This document shows, piece after piece, positions 23,670-37,975 of a stretch of DNA of 64,000 nucleotides. The translations under genes and the position numbers were made by a program. This stretch comes from Mobula birostris. Lineage: Eukaryota. The first letter of the stretch is position 1. Each line of letters begins with the position of its first letter. Location of the stretch: assembly GCF_030028105.1 (NCBI RefSeq), contig NC_092384.1, forward strand, positions 3,267,665 to 3,331,664, written 5' to 3'. The notes under the pieces are model-generated. The model was not told the origin of the DNA. It searched no databases and was given only the letters and a program-made list of their open reading frames with translations.

Positions 23670-25516
23670 TTTAACATCTACTAAACCTACCCTTCTCCAC
23701 TCACTATTTCCTCGCGAACCTTCCACCCTTGCCACCCTTGCATCCAACAACAAAACAAACTATGGCGAAGGCACCAAAACTCTAATAGCTTTTGACAACT
23801 TCTATGCGCTTTGTACATAATCCTCCTGATTTTTCCGATAAAATGGCAAAATTTCTCGGAGGTAAAATAAGTTGTTGATTTCACAGTGTCCTCGGTTTGT
23901 GCTAAGCCTCTTTGTCGGAGGATTGCGTTATTTCATGTGAAAATTCTGCCAATGATGCGAAACCATTTTAGATGTTACTGTTGAGAGACATTAAGCTAGA
24001 GTACGGCAGAGAAACAGCAGAATCATCACCATCTTCCTTAAATGAGTGAGTTACGCGCAATTCACCAAGAGTTTGTCTGGAAACTGATTTGAGTTTAACA
24101 GGGAACAGGTAGAAATCATTTTACGACCAGTGTTATGTTTATTTTGTGTAATTTCTCCTAAACCACTAACCTTTTAATGATAATCAGAGACTATGATTAA
24201 TTATTCCTCCTTTTTTTCTGCTTTTCTGCTTTCCTCAACGCTGAAAATCTTCCCGCATTCCGCACACCTTATCAAATTACTTGGTAATATTCAGTGATAC
24301 AAACCGATCGGCTTTGATGAGGCAGGGTGGAACAGAGAACTTGATTTGTTGTCTGGATGGTTGTACTTTCGCATGCTTTGGGGTGATTTAATAATAATTT
24401 GGAACACACATATTGCAGGTTTTGTTTTAAACGGAGGCAGTGTTCAATTTAAGAGAGAAACACACACACACATACACACACACACACAAACACGTTTGCT
24501 AAATTCCGCAAATGGAGGATGTCAGATGCTCAGTCAGAGGTTAATGTAGTAAAGGGTCGAGGACGTAAGTGGAAGGAAATTCCATCCTGTACCGATTGAA
24601 GAACTTAAACGTCAGAGTAAGTCTCACCGAATCCTATTCCATGGCGTTCTGTCTCCTGAGTCTGTTGGTCTCGGCATGTTGGTGAAGTGGGACACAACTT
24701 TCAGTGCTTGAACGGTTGATCAATTTCTTCTGCAGAAATAATATTTGTTTCAGTTCGCATGGAATACTGGGAAACATCTATCGCATGGAAACATAGCTAA
24801 TTATATTGGTGATTGGCTCAATGGTTGAACGCAGAGCGTGACGGTTGAAGGTGGTCTCGGACCGGTGGCTTATGACTAGAGGCGTTACCAGAAGGGTCGG
24901 TGCAGCATCTTTTGCTGTTCATTGTTTATATAAACTATTTGCATGTGAACGCATGAGGAGTGGCGATAAGGTTTCAAATCATATTAAAATAGCTGGTATC
25001 GTAAAGTACGAAGAAGGTAATGGACAACTGTAGGAAAATTTCAGTCAGTTAGGTCAGTGGGCCCAATATTAGCAAATGCTTTTAGTTTCCGTATGGTTAA
25101 TCTGCATGTTGCTTGCATGAACTGCGATTTCGTCAACATCCAGGACTTTTTCTCTTTGCACTTTCTCTTCTTCATTTCCCGATCTTGGGGTGGGGGAATT
25201 TTGAACAAAAAATAAATATTAACATTTCAATTCCACGCCTATGTGTTGTTTTCTAACTGACTGCTTCTGAGTGCTTCGGTAAAAATAAACACAATTCATT
25301 ACCAGAAGTTGAAATTTAGTGTCCTCGTCTGAGTCAAAACGGGTTTTTATCTGGCTATGGCGAAAATCTGAATTTCATTCATTCTGCAATAAACTACATT
25401 AAACTGAATGCAATAGTCTGGAATTATTTCGGACTTATATTAAGGCATCAGAAAACACACGGGTCAATAACTTTTGTTTGATTGGCTTTGAATGAAGCAG
25501 TAAGAAACCATAATTT

Positions 25517-26480
25517 TAGAAACATAGAAACATAGAAAACAGGTGCAGGAGTAGGCCATTCGGCCCCTCGAGTCTGCATCTCCATTCAGTATTATCTTGG
25601 CTGATCATCCAACTCAGAACCCTGTACCAGCATTCTCTCGATACCTCCTGACCCATTTAGCCACAAGGGCCATATCTAACTCCTTCTTAAATATAGCCAA
25701 CAAACTGGTCTCAACTGTTTCCTGTGGCAGAGAATTCCACAGATTCACCACTCTCTGTGTGAAGAAGTTTTTCCTCATCTCGGTGCTAAAAGGGTTCCCC
25801 CTTATCCTTAATCTGTGACCGTTCGTTCTGGACTTCCCCATCATCGGGAACAATCTACCTGCATCTAGCCTGTCCAATAACTTTCGAATTTTATACGTTT
25901 CAAACAGATCCCGCCCCCCAATCTTCTAAATTCCAGCGAGAATAAGCCTAGTCGATCCAGTCTTTCCTCATATGAAAGTCCTGCTATCCCAGGAATCAAT
26001 CTGGTGAACCTCCTTTGTACTCCCTGTATGGCAAGACTGTCTTTCCTCAGATTAGGGGACCAAAACTGCACACAATACTCCACGTGTGGTCTCACCAAGG
26101 CCTTGTACAACTGTAGTAGTATCTCCCTGCTCCTGTACTCGAATCCTCTTGCTGTGAATGACAGTATAACATTCGCCTTTTACACTGCCTGCTGTACCTG
26201 CATATCCACTTTCAATGACTGGTGTATAATGACAGCCAAGGTTTCGTTGCACCTCCTCTTTTCCTAATCGGCCACCATTCAGATAATAATTTGTTTTCCT
26301 GTTTTTTGCCACCAAAGTGGATAACCTCACATTTATCCACATTAAATTACATCTGCCATGAAATTGCCCACTCACATAACCTATCCAAGTCACCCTGCAT
26401 CCTCTAAGCATCCTCCTCACAGCTAACACTGCTGCCCAGCTTCGTGTCATCCGCAAACTTGGAGATGCTGCATTTAATTC
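25517..26480 (-). mobile_element. CR1 3' fragment (shared with 58706-59610)
   Basis: tagaaacatagaaacatagaaaa tail; ORFs 25614..26507 are RT C-terminal; same insertion point in the paralogue. Confidence 0.9.
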
Positions 26481-27795
26481 CCTGCCTGTAAGTATGATTG
26501 GGAACATCCAGCCTTAACTTCACAATGTTTGCTGAAGGGCAGTTTCCTACAGCTCAGTTGCTGGAGAGCTCACAGTCAAAAACGGTTTTACAACCATCAG
26601 TTCCAAACCTGGCTCAATTAACTTATGTGTTTATCACTTATTATGTTTATCTCATAACCGATGCTCGACTGCGGCAGGATTCAACATTGAGTATACAGCA
26701 TGCGTCAGAGAAAAAATGATACTTCTCAGACAGTTAATTGCCATATCACAATGCTCAATCACGATATATTCCTATGATTGAGCATTTAATAGAAGAAAAG
26801 ACATTCGCAAGTGTACCACAACTGAGTGGTTACCAGAACATTCGCCAAAATCCTAGGTAATTCATCTAGTTCCGTGATCATGGTATAGCGATTTCTCCGT
26901 CGATTTTAATAACTTTACATATATCCACTGTAAATTTCTTTGTGAAAGTAATCGAGCTGACTCATGCAGGGAGGTATCTATCTCCTGTAGGTTTCACGTT
27001 CTTAGATATATCGGAATTTGCCATTGTGAATCAGAAGAGAGAGGGTATATCTAAAATCAGTGCCCAGTACGCTCCCCAGCTGTTGCCAGAAATCCAGATT
27101 GATGTTCAAGGGATACCAGTGAAGCAATGTTAGTGTTAGGTGTACCTCTGACCGAAAGAAAGAGTTGAGGTGGATTATTGAAACATGCCAGCTGTGAGGC
27201 CAGCGTAACCTTGCACGATATTTATCAAGCTTGAGCGCGTGTATTCACAAAACGTATAAGCAGTTTTTCGTTCGAACCTACGTTGGAGACCCGTAGTCCA
27301 AAAATAAAGCGTCGAATGAATTGTTGTTCCCAAGGACTTCATACGGCTGCATCCACTGACATACGTAGGCCTGATCTGGAATAAATTTGTGGAGTACTCG
27401 ATCTGTGTGTGTAAGAGCGGGAGAGAGAGGGAGAAGTGGCGGTGGGGTTTGGCAGAGAGATAGCGAGAGAAGGTATTAACGTTTCAAATGTGCAGGAAGT
27501 ATGCTGACGCTGAAACGTTAATAATAAAATGAAAAAAAAACTTAGCATGCAAACGCATTCAAGAGCCATGGTAATTTCTGTTAACATCCATCATTCTCGT
27601 TTAGAGGGCATTCTACCACATCGCATATGTGTCTGTGAGTGTGAGAGAGAAACTGAATTAAATATATCGTGCAGACAGAACAAAATATACTGCCTGAGAA
27701 GTCTATTCTTGAGGTTACTGTTCTTATTCCCCACAAATTAAGAACAATGTTAAATGCTTGGCCAAATGTAAACCAGGGAAAATTACTCAATTCTA

Positions 27796-27797
<2 letters not shown>

Positions 27798-27826
<29 letters not shown>

Positions 27827-27840
27827 GTGGGGGGGGGGGG
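27798..27840. repeat. (GT)n microsatellite followed by a G-run
   Basis: Direct reading. Confidence 0.95.
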
Positions 27841-28149
27841 TTGTCGGTGGTGGGTGTAGGGATGAGGATCCAGGGGTTTTGCTACATCTTGCACTAGGAA
27901 TTGAGGTATGAAAAGGGAGGAAGTCTTGAAGAGAGAATTTTGGGAGTTCGGTAGAGCGCTGAAAAGGAGTACCTCCAGGGTAGTAATCTCTGGATTGCTG
28001 CCTGTACCACGCTCCAGTAAGTGTAAGAAATGGCAGATTAATTCGTGGCTGGGGAGCTGGTGCCAAGGGCAGGATTAAAGATTATTGGATGCTCGGGATG
28101 TCTTTTGGGGTAGGTTTGACCTGTATATACCTCGCGGGCAGGTTTGTAA

Positions 28150-30600
28150 GAAATGTTGGATAGGGTATAATCTGATGCGGCAGTGGGGATGGGAAACAGT
28201 GATAGAGCAGTTACAGCAAGGCGGGGTGTAGTGAGGTTGTCAGGAGGGACAGGGATATGTGAGGGTAAAGTTGCAGGAGGTAAAATAAGTTGCAGTGCAA
28301 CAGGGGGACAAAATACAAAAAGCTGATGGATCCAGAACTGATGCTGTTGTACTTGAATACACACAGTATACACAATAAAATAGATAATCATGTCGGACAG
28401 TTACAGATTGGGGTGTATGTCGTTGTTGGATCGCTGAGTCATGACTGAGAGAGGATTATAGATGGAAGCTTAGCATCCAAAGAACACATTGTATCAAAAG
28501 GACAGGAAGGTAGGCAAAGGATTTAGCTTAATTCCGTTGGTAAAAAAAAATAAAACAAATTCTTTGAAAGAGGTGACATAAGGTTGGCAGATGTAGAATT
28601 ATTGCGGTTAGAGTTAAGGAACTGCGAGGATAAAATGATACAAATTGGTGCTATATACAGGACTTCGAACAGTAGCAATGAAGTGGCGTCTAAATTATAC
28701 CGGGGGCGGGGGAGAATAGAAAAATGCACCTCGAAAGGATAAGTCACCGGGTATAGAAATATACAGGTAGATTGGGAAAATTGGGTAGATCGGGCTGCCA
28801 AGAGAGAGAAATTGTGAAATGCCCTTGAGAGGGCGTGTTAGAGCAGTTTACAGTGGAGTCCCCTGACGGATTACCTATGCTGGATTAGGTGTTGAGTATT
28901 AAACTGGGTATGATTCGGGAACTTGAGGTAAAGGCACCCTCTATAGGCAGCAATTTTAATATGATTAAAATCCATCCATCAATTTGAGAGGGAGAAGTTA
29001 GAGTCAGTATTACAGCACAGTAAAGGGACCTGGAGAGCAATGATAGAGGAGTTGGTCGAAGTTGACTGGAAGGAGACACGAGCAGGATGACACAGACAGG
29101 AATGGTTGAGTTTCTGGGAGTAATTCGGGCGGCGCGGGTATATTCTAAGGAAGAAGTTATGTTCTAAAGGGAGGGTGACATAACCGTCCCTGAAAAGGGA
29201 AGCCAGTTCCAGCATGACAGCTGAAGAGAGGAAGTATAATACAACACATAAGTAGGAAGTTGGAGGATCGGAACCTGTTAAAAAACCAACAGAAGGCAAC
29301 GGAAAAGTCATAAGGAGCAGAAAGATTAAATATTGAGGTATTCTAGCTAATAACGTCAAATAAGATGCCATAAATCTTTTTTTCCAGCATTATAAACAGT
29401 AAAGGAGAGGGGAGAATAGAGATCAGACAGCTGAATAAATGACGCTGGACGGGTAGTAATGGGGAGAAGGACATGAGGAAGAACTGAGTAAGTATTTTGC
29501 ACCAATACTCACTCTGCAGGACACTAGCATCATTGCGGATATTTGAGAGTATTTGGGGGTACGTGGCGGAACATAATTAAGAAAAGATCCAGAGGCAGCA
29601 TGGTTTCGATAATGGAAAATCTTGCTTGCAAAATCTGTTGGAATTCTTGCGGGAATAAGAAGCAGGATGGACTAAGAAGAATCAGTGGATATTGTGTACT
29701 TGGATTTCCAAAAAGCCTTCATCAAGGTATCCTGTATGAGGTTGCTTAGCAAGTTAAGTAGCTTTACTATTGCACCATAGGTACTAGCATGGATAGAGCA
29801 TTGGCTAATTGTTTGTTTTCGATTGGCTGCTGGTGACTACTGGTGTTCCGCAGGTTTCTGTAGCTGCTGTTTATTTTTACGTTTGATGTCAATGATTTGG
29901 ATGCCGGAGTTCATGGCTTTCTGGCCAATTTTGTGGTTGATACGAGGATAGGTCGAGGGGCTGGAAGTGTTGCGGAAGTAGAGAAGGTGCAGAAGGACTT
30001 AGATAGATCAGGAGAATAAGCAAAGAGGTGGCAGATGCAATACAGTGTCGGGAAGAGTGCGGTCATACACATTGACAGAAGGAACAAAAGCGTAGACATT
30101 TTTCTAGATCAGAAGAAAATTCAAAACTCTTAACTGCAAAGGGACTTGAACGTGTCCGAGCAGGATTTGCTAAAGATTAAATTGCAGTTTGAGTAGTTCG
30201 TATTAGCATTCATTTCAAGAGCACTACGATACAAAAACAAGTATTTAATGCCGAGTCGAGATAAGGAATTGGTGAGGCCTCACGCGAAAGCATGTGAGTA
30301 GTTTTGGGCGCTCTATCTGAGAAAGGATGAGCTGCCATTGACTAGAGTCAGCGGGCACAACCTTAGAATAAAGGGTCATTCGTTTGAAAGGGAGATGAAG
30401 AAAAAATTGCTCAGATAGTTAGTGGTAAATCTGTGAATTCCGCTGCCACATGTGGCTTGGAGGCCAGTTGTCCGAGCATATTTAAAGCCGGGGTTGATAA
30501 ATTCTTGATCAAGCAGGGCGTGAACGGATACAGGAAAAAAGACAGAGGAATGGGATTGAGAGCAAAATGGATCAGCCATGCTAAAAGGTCGAAGACACGA
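28150..30600 (+). mobile_element. Old, highly degenerate CR1 LINE (EN/RT remnants)
   Basis: Remnants such as ttgtacttgaat..., ttggatttccaaaaagcc, ggccaattttgtggttgatacgaggataggt; many stops. Confidence 0.7.
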
Positions 30601-30759
30601 TGGGCCTGATACTTTCGATATGAGGGGAAATACAGAAAGCACGAGGACGCAAGGAGTATGCAGGCGATTTTACTGACTTTTATTGATAACGCTATCTGTA
30701 CATTTTGTGAACTCCTGTCATGTGGGATTAGCTAAGTGAGTGAGTGAGGCCTCCGTTGG

Positions 30760-31200
30760 TCTTGGTTGAGTAATGATGTTGTTGCCCATGTAGCAAGCTC
30801 CAACCCCTCTCCACGAAACTCAAACGAACGGCAGAGACCGATACAGTTTGGCACCAGCAGCGTCGCAGGAGTTGTGACGCAACGTTGAACGCAACGCATT
30901 ACTGCTTTAAGGAATCCAGTTCCCGATATTTCCCTCGGGGTTTACTCCGGACAATTTCCCCATAATTGAATAAAGCCCCAAGGCAGCAGATTGTTGAGAT
31001 CAGAGATTTCCTTCTCCTGCATGAGCTGTCAAACACGGCTGACGAGCGAGCCCCATTTGCCCGAAGGGACTGGTTTTACGCGTCAGTTGCCAACCTATGC
31101 CCCTTCTCCTGTCCGTAGAACCGGTTCCACATGGCACAATAGCTAAACCACACGTAAAGGCCAGGAGTTGGACTGGGTCGTCAGAGGCTAACTGACTAAC
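30760..31200. mobile_element. Interspersed SINE-like repeat (family not assigned)
   Basis: ggcagagaccgatacagtttggcaccagcagcgtcgcaggagttg...tttccctcggggtttactcc is recognised from memory as a common ray repeat. Confidence 0.45.
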
Positions 31201-31463
31201 AATGGAATAACCCTTTGAACTAGCACAACTCCCCTTCTTGACAGAAATAGAAAAGCCAGGTATGTACTACTTGTTCGTAGACCTGCATTAAAATTATAGT
31301 CACTGAAATTGCACGATTTCGTCCAATTTACTCATTACACCTAACTTATACTCCTTACAGAAACACAGAAACATAAAAAGAATCTTCCACGATATAACTG
31401 TTTTTTTCTCTTTGTTCTAATGGCCTCTCACTTTCTTTTAATAAAGAAGAACTTCCAACAATT

Positions 31464-32070
31464 TCATCCATCGCCGCCGCCGACGTTAGTTTGTTCACAC
31501 AATGAATTTACAGGCTTAACGAAACGAAACACCATCACCACGATGATGGTCTTCCATTTGGAAGGCGGAAGACCCGTGATGAAATCCATGTAGATGTGTT
31601 TCCACGGTCTGTCCGGAACAGGTTGAGTGTGAAAGGCGTCCCTGAGATTGGGTGTGGGTCTTCTTATTCCGTGCACATATACTTCGGGAATTCTCCAGAC
31701 ATTCCAGGCTACCAGTCTTTCCTCTTAATGAACTAGAGGACACTGGCGACCCGCTGATGAGCGGACATTGAGTAATCATAAACCTGACAGGGCGTGGAAT
31801 GAACAGACGACCCAGCGGACCATTTTTGCAAATAACCCCTTGCACCTGGACCTTGCATAACAGAAATTCGATTTGCCAACGAATAGGATCTATTACCTTA
31901 GCTTCGGGCAAAGTGATAGGCTGCTCCTCTTCTTCGGGTTCGCTGCACTGACGTGTCAAGGCAACTGGTTCTTAACTCTATGACTCCGGTCGAAAGCTCT
32001 AAACAATTTGGACCAGTCAACGAATTGAGACTATCAGGTGTGACTGGAATTGGGTCTTTTTGTCTCCTGA
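31464..32070 (-). mobile_element. Gypsy (Tf2/Sushi-like) pol remnant, RNaseH-integrase junction
   Basis: ORFs 31516..31959 (IDPIRWQIE...GPLGRLFIP) and 31464..31676 (PVPDRPWKHIYMDFITGLPPS). Confidence 0.8.
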
Positions 32071-32074
32071 ATAT

Positions 32075-34820
32075 AAGAAGTGCGTGCAATTATTGTCACC
32101 AAGTTATTGGAAGGACATCTTTAAACTTATGGGGATCCAGCAAAGTTGCCCAAGAACGTCACCAAGACTGGAGGGCTTAACGTATCAGGAAAGACTGGGT
32201 AGTTTGCGGTTTCCTTTCCAATGGTACGTGCGAGACTGAGAAGACACCATATAGATATATGTAAAATCACAAAGGAGAAGATAGGTGAATGATTAATCTC
32301 TTTCTCAGGGTAGTGAATTCTAAAATTAGAGAAAATTAGAGGGAGGCATAATAAAGGTTACGTGTTGCATGATTTTCAAACAATTGGTGGTAAATATATG
32401 CAACGAAACACCAGACGAAATGATAGAGCCAGACCAATTGGAACATTTCTCTGGAATTTAGACAGCTTCACTGCGAAGAAAAGTTTAAAATAGTATGGGT
32501 CAAGATATGAGAAATGTATTATTTCTGATTGGCCATTTGGAATGCGTGGAAGATTGGGCCGAAGGAATTATTTCTGTGATGTGTAACGCAGCCATTTTAT
32601 GACTTTATTAGGCACACATTTTGTTCAAAGCACTGAAAACTGAATGTAACATCTATTTTGTTGCCTCCTGTCTATGCTTCCATACCTGATAATCAACTGC
32701 ATTTCCTGAAAGGTTTTGGGCATGCTAAGTTGAGTTGTGACATGCATATAAGTAATGCAGAGATCTTACCCAGCTCCCTCTGAGAGCCTGTTTTCTTCAC
32801 TGAGCAAATTCAGTGGTTTATATATATCTCTATGCTCATCACAACGTCGAATTTCTTGGTGAACAGAACTATAATACTTCAAATACACCAACACAGTTCA
32901 CCTATAAAATCTACATTGTAATTCGCTGCGTAATAATTATAATTACCAACCACTTGCGGTATTTCCATTACGTATTAATTTACCCAATGCGCGATGATGA
33001 AGAAAGGCAAAAATCTGCTTCTTACTCGTAAACGGCTATTCTCGAATAAAAGATGAGCAACACATTTCATAGTAGCAGTAACCACATCAGAGTTAAGGGA
33101 AAGGTCAGATATTCGCTGTTTCCGCTAGTAATTAAGTAACCAATTTGCAGATACAATTCATTCAATCTTATCTCTGCTTGGCTTCACTTTTTCTCATTTA
33201 ACCTGATCGTATTTCTATTCTAGGCACCTAAGAGCATACCAATTACATTTTACACATCCAAAGCCGGGAAAGGAAGTTGCGAAGTTACTTTCATCGATAC
33301 CTTTGGTCGTACAAGTGTATTAACGTCACAGGAAACAATTACGTAATAAGTAGTAAACTGAAGTGAGGGTGAAAATCTTCGAAAACATTTTATTCAGACG
33401 AACGGGAATTCCTTCGCAGTTGCGGGAGTGCCTGCCAGTTAATGTAACTGCATGTGGAATGAGTCAACAAAAAATAGAATGATGCGATATATCATCAGTG
33501 TTCAAGCCATCCCGAATCAAATTATATTAGACATATTACTAAAGCAGATTGTGAGTCTGTGCAAGGAGAGGGGCGCTATTATCCAGGAAGGAATGTGGTG
33601 TTCCGCTCTTCACTGAACAGATGGAGCACGTGTCAAATTTATTAATAAAATAAATCTTTATGATATTGAAAGAGTTTATGACTATAAAGAGCTGCTTTTA
33701 TAGCTAAGTATCTAACTGTAAGAGTTTATTAATATTACTGTGTTAATAAACTCTTGCAGTTTATTGACACTGTATAAGCTGAATTCTTCGAAACTAATTT
33801 ATAGATTTGACAGTTCTCTCTCATTTGTTCAATGTTCTATATTTAAATTTACCAGGTGACTCAGAGTATCTAGCATCTGGATTTCAGTGCTCAAACTGAG
33901 AGCTTCACGATGTGAGTATGAATGTTTTAAAGCTCAGGTATGGAGTCAGTTATCAGATTGTCGGTATTATTTATTTGTTTTTATTTTTAATCGTATTTTC
34001 TATAATATGTTCCTCCATGCCAATGCTTGAGGGGTTGCAACATGGCAAGAATTCACATAATATATATTGATTTTATTACAGCAGACTCAGGCAAGTACAT
34101 TATTTTGCAGAATTACAGAATGTAAATATGAAGGGAACTTCAGATACTGCAAGTCTGCCCCATCAGCGAGCTGTTCGTTCGCCAAGGAGCTGAAGGAGCT
34201 GGATTCCGTGCAGGCCGCGTTGTTGCTTGCTATAGGAAGGCACTGGAGTCACTGTGTGACGGCAACGCGCACTCTAACTACGAGTAATTGTGTTGAATGC
34301 TTCTCCTCCGATCGTAAGACCCTGTTTGACAATAATAATATAAAATGCTGCAAAGTCCGCTTCCCTGTTTGTTGGATTGACAGCAACCGGGAGAGTTGAG
34401 TGGCCTCGGTTATAGAGAGGACAAGACCTCAAACCATGGGCTTGCCTGTTGCAGCAGTCTTGGAGAGGAGACGGCGGAGGCGGTGTAGCGCAGCCTCCAT
34501 GCTGAGTCGGGGGCCTGCAGTATTCGATCAGTAGAATGACAATAGACAATAGACAATCGGTGAAGGAGTAGACCATTCAGCCCTTCGAGCCAGCGCCATC
34601 ATTGATGGTGATCATGGCTGATCATCCGCAATCAGTACCCTTTTCCTGCCTTCTCCCCATATGTCTTCACTTCGCTACCTTTAAGAGCTCTATCTAAGAC
34701 AAGCTCAGTTGTGTACGTACTTGCTTGTGCGTGTACGTTTGTCTTTGAGAAATGCATGTTCTTGCCGACAGCACACATGCATCATCAGCTTACAGGGCAT
34801 GTCACTCAGGGACTTGGGCT
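32075..34820. repeat. Segmental duplication block X, copy 2
   Basis: Colinear with 8319-12530; lacks the solo LTR and ~11255-11815; carries its own short CR1 tail insertion. Confidence 0.9.
34537..34697 (-). mobile_element. Short CR1 3' tail insertion
   Basis: (tagacaa)n tail; gacaa on both sides; absent at the paralogous site ~12400. Confidence 0.75.
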
Positions 34821-35270
34821 ATATTATATTTTTAGTGTGAGCACTTATGTGTGTTATATGTGCCCTGTGCTGTGTTTTACTGTTGATATTGTGTCTTGGC
34901 TCCGGAGTAATGCAGTTTCGTTTGGCTGTATTGGTGGGTATTTACGTATGGTTGAATGATAATTAAGCTTGAACTGGAAAAGACTAATATCCATTTTAGG
35001 CTTTACCTATTGCGTGGGTATATTGCAAATGCAAAAATAGAGCAGGATAAATAAACTGTTGAAAAAATAAACAGTCTAAAACTTTCTTTTTGCGAAGAAG
35101 AAGTATTTCAGAATTTATATTGTAAACATTTCTCTGACACTATTCTAATGCAATGTGGGAAAGAGTGCGTGGTGTGGTGTTTGTGGGATTGGTGGTTTGT
35201 TTTTTGGTTGTTCACTTTCTCCTTTGGGAGCTGCGATGAGGTGTGCTAGCATTTAACACAAACACCTAAA

Positions 35271-35284
35271 CACACAGACACACA

Positions 35285-35339
<55 letters not shown>
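35271..35339. repeat. (CA)n microsatellite
   Basis: Direct reading. Confidence 0.95.
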
Positions 35340-35342
<3 letters not shown>

Positions 35343-36339
35343 TTTTGTAAATTAATGACTTCTTTCTTGCCTGTAGCACACCCGGAGCTTTTTACTCATG
35401 AGAATATTCTTACGAGTCTCCAACCTTGTGATGTAGCAGAGGACATTTAGTCGCTGAATGTTTTTAACGATTTGATGGACAGGTTTTTAGACACAGTGGC
35501 ATCAGAGGATGCAGTGACTCCACAGGAGAATTGATGTTGTGTGTCTCATATGGCCGAGGGACTGAATGACGTCCTATTTCTGTACATTTTCCTTCTCCTT
35601 CTCACAGTAGAGCCATTCTTGCATCAGCTGTCTCAGAATCCTGATGAATAGTTATTTGAAATACTATCACCTTACACAATCTGCAGCATAATATTAACGA
35701 TTTATGCGCACCACGTGTACGCCGATTACCCTAGTTATTATTAGTACCTGAAATAGATTTTTCTTCGGAAATAAGTCTGAAAGTACATCTAATATAAAAC
35801 AAAACAAAAAAAAAATCCAGGTTTTTTTTTCCTCTGGCTAGGGCGAATGTTAAAATATCTGGCTACTGATAATAGTGATCACTGTTTGTAGGGTTTTACT
35901 GCCTGACAACATGTCCAGGTACAGCAAGATTTATTATTTCCTAAATGATTTCTAAATATATGCAATGTTTTTGAACGACAACTAGTTGCATAACGAACTC
36001 TATAAATGCACTTTATTTTGGTTCTTTCTTGTCTGAATAATTTATTTAGATTTTGTTTTACAGTTCAGCAAAATCTAAGCACAGGTTTTAATGTAACAAG
36101 GCCAATTTATACAGCATGAAGATAAAAACACTGCATCTGCTTGTTCTTACAGAATGCAAAATAGAAGGCTACAGACCACGTGGTGGGAGATGGAAAAAGT
36201 ATGGAGAGGTCGGCATAGATGAGTTGGGCCGAATAGCTTGTTTCTGCACTGCACGATTCTAAGTTTCAGTGTAGACAGGGAATGCCGTCTGGAAGCATGC
36301 GTCATAGAGTCATATCATAAACAAGAGAAATTTTGCAGA

Positions 36340-37973
36340 GGCTAGAAATCGAAGCAACACACACGAAATTGTTCTGAAGCATGTTGATACTAAGGGAGAG
36401 GAGGTGTTGGAGTTGTTAAAATACATTAGGATGGATAAGTCCCAGGGGCCTGACGGAATATTCCCCAAGCTGCTCCGCGAGGCGAGAGAAGAGATTACTG
36501 AGCCTCTGGCTAGGATCTTTATGTCCTCGTTGTCCACAGGAATGTTACCGGAGGATTGGAGGGAGCCGAATGTTGTCCACTTGTTCAAAAAAGGTAGTAG
36601 CGATTGTCCGGGTAATTATAGACCAGTAAACCTTACGTCTATGGTGGGAAAGCTTTTGGAAAAGATTCTGAGAGATAGGATCTATGGGCATTTAGAGAAA
36701 CATGGTCTGATCAGGAATAGCCTGCATGGCTTTGTGAAGAGCGGATCGTTTCTAACAAGCCTGATTGAGTTCTTTGAGGAGGTGACCAGGCATTTAGATG
36801 AGAGTAGTGCAGTGGATGTGATTCATATGGATTTTAGTAAGGCATTTGACAAGGTTCCATACAGTTGGCTTATTCAGAAAGTCGGAAGGTATTGGATCCA
36901 GGGAAGTTTGGCAAGATGGATTCAGAATTCGCTTGCCTGCAGAAGGCAGAAGGTCATGGTGGAGTGAGTACATTCGGATTGGAGGGTTGTGACTAGTGGT
37001 GTCCCACAACGATCTTTTCTAGGACCTCTACTTTTCGTGATTTTATTTTACAACCTGGATGTGGGGGTAGACGGGTTGGTTAGCAAGTTTGCAGACGACG
37101 CAAAGTTAGTGGTGCTGTAGATAGTGTAGAGGATTTTCGGAGGTTGCTGAGAGACATTGATAGGATGCAGAAGTGGGCTGAGAAGTGGCAGATGGAGTTT
37201 AACCCGGAGAAGTGTGAGGTGGTACACTTTGGGAGTACAATCTTAAAGGCTGAATACAAAGTAAATAGCGGGATACCTCGTTGTGTGGAGGAACAGAGGA
37301 ATCTGGGGGTACAAGTCCACAGATCTCTGCAAATTGCCTCACAGTAGACAGGGTAGTTAAGAAAGTTTATGGGGTTTTAGCTTTCATAAATCGAAGGACA
37401 GAGTGATACAGTCGCGAGGTAAAGATGCAGCTCTATAAAACTCTGGTCAGGCCACAGTTGGAGTACTGTGTCCAGTTCGGGTCGCCTCACTATAGGAAGA
37501 ATGTGGAAGCATTGAAAAGGGTACAGAGGAGATTTACCAGGATGCTGCCTGGTTTAGAGAGTATGCATTATGATCAGAGATTAAGGGAGCTAGGGCTTTA
37601 CTCTTTGGAGAGAAGGAGGATGAGAGGAGACATGATAGAAGTGTACAAGATATTAATAGGAATGCATAGAGTGGATAGCCAGCGACTCTTCCCCAGGGCA
37701 CCACTGCTCAATACACGAAGACATGGCTTTAAGATAAGGGGTGGGAAGTTCAAGGGGCATATTAGAAGAAGGTTTTTTTTACTCAGAGAGTGGTTGGTGC
37801 GTGGAATGCACTGCCTGAGTCAGTGGCAGATACACTACTGAAATTTAAGAGACTGCTAGACAAGTATATACAGGAATTTAAGATGGGAGGCGGTAATATG
37901 GGAGGCACGGTTTAAGGGTCGGCACATCATTGTGGGCTGAAGGGCCTGTACTGTGCTGTACTATTCTATGTTC
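36340..37973 (+). mobile_element. 5'-truncated CR1 LINE (RT half)
   Basis: ORFs 36404..36967 (DKSQGPDG...HMDFSKAFDKVP), 37144..37347 and 37425..37841; ctattctatgttct tail. Confidence 0.95.
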
Positions 37974-37975
37974 TT

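Larger units (their letters stand above)
23670..28367. repeat. Segmental duplication block Y, copy 1 distal part (with 18832-20870; paralogous to ~56010-62131)
   Basis: Colinear match including unique sequence and a shared CR1 insertion. Confidence 0.9.

Noticed and set aside
23881-23890. CACAGTG heptamer upstream of gene A (possible RSS)
   Set aside because: More than 3 kb from the V exon, no matching nonamer seen, and the V exon is already joined to its J-like strand
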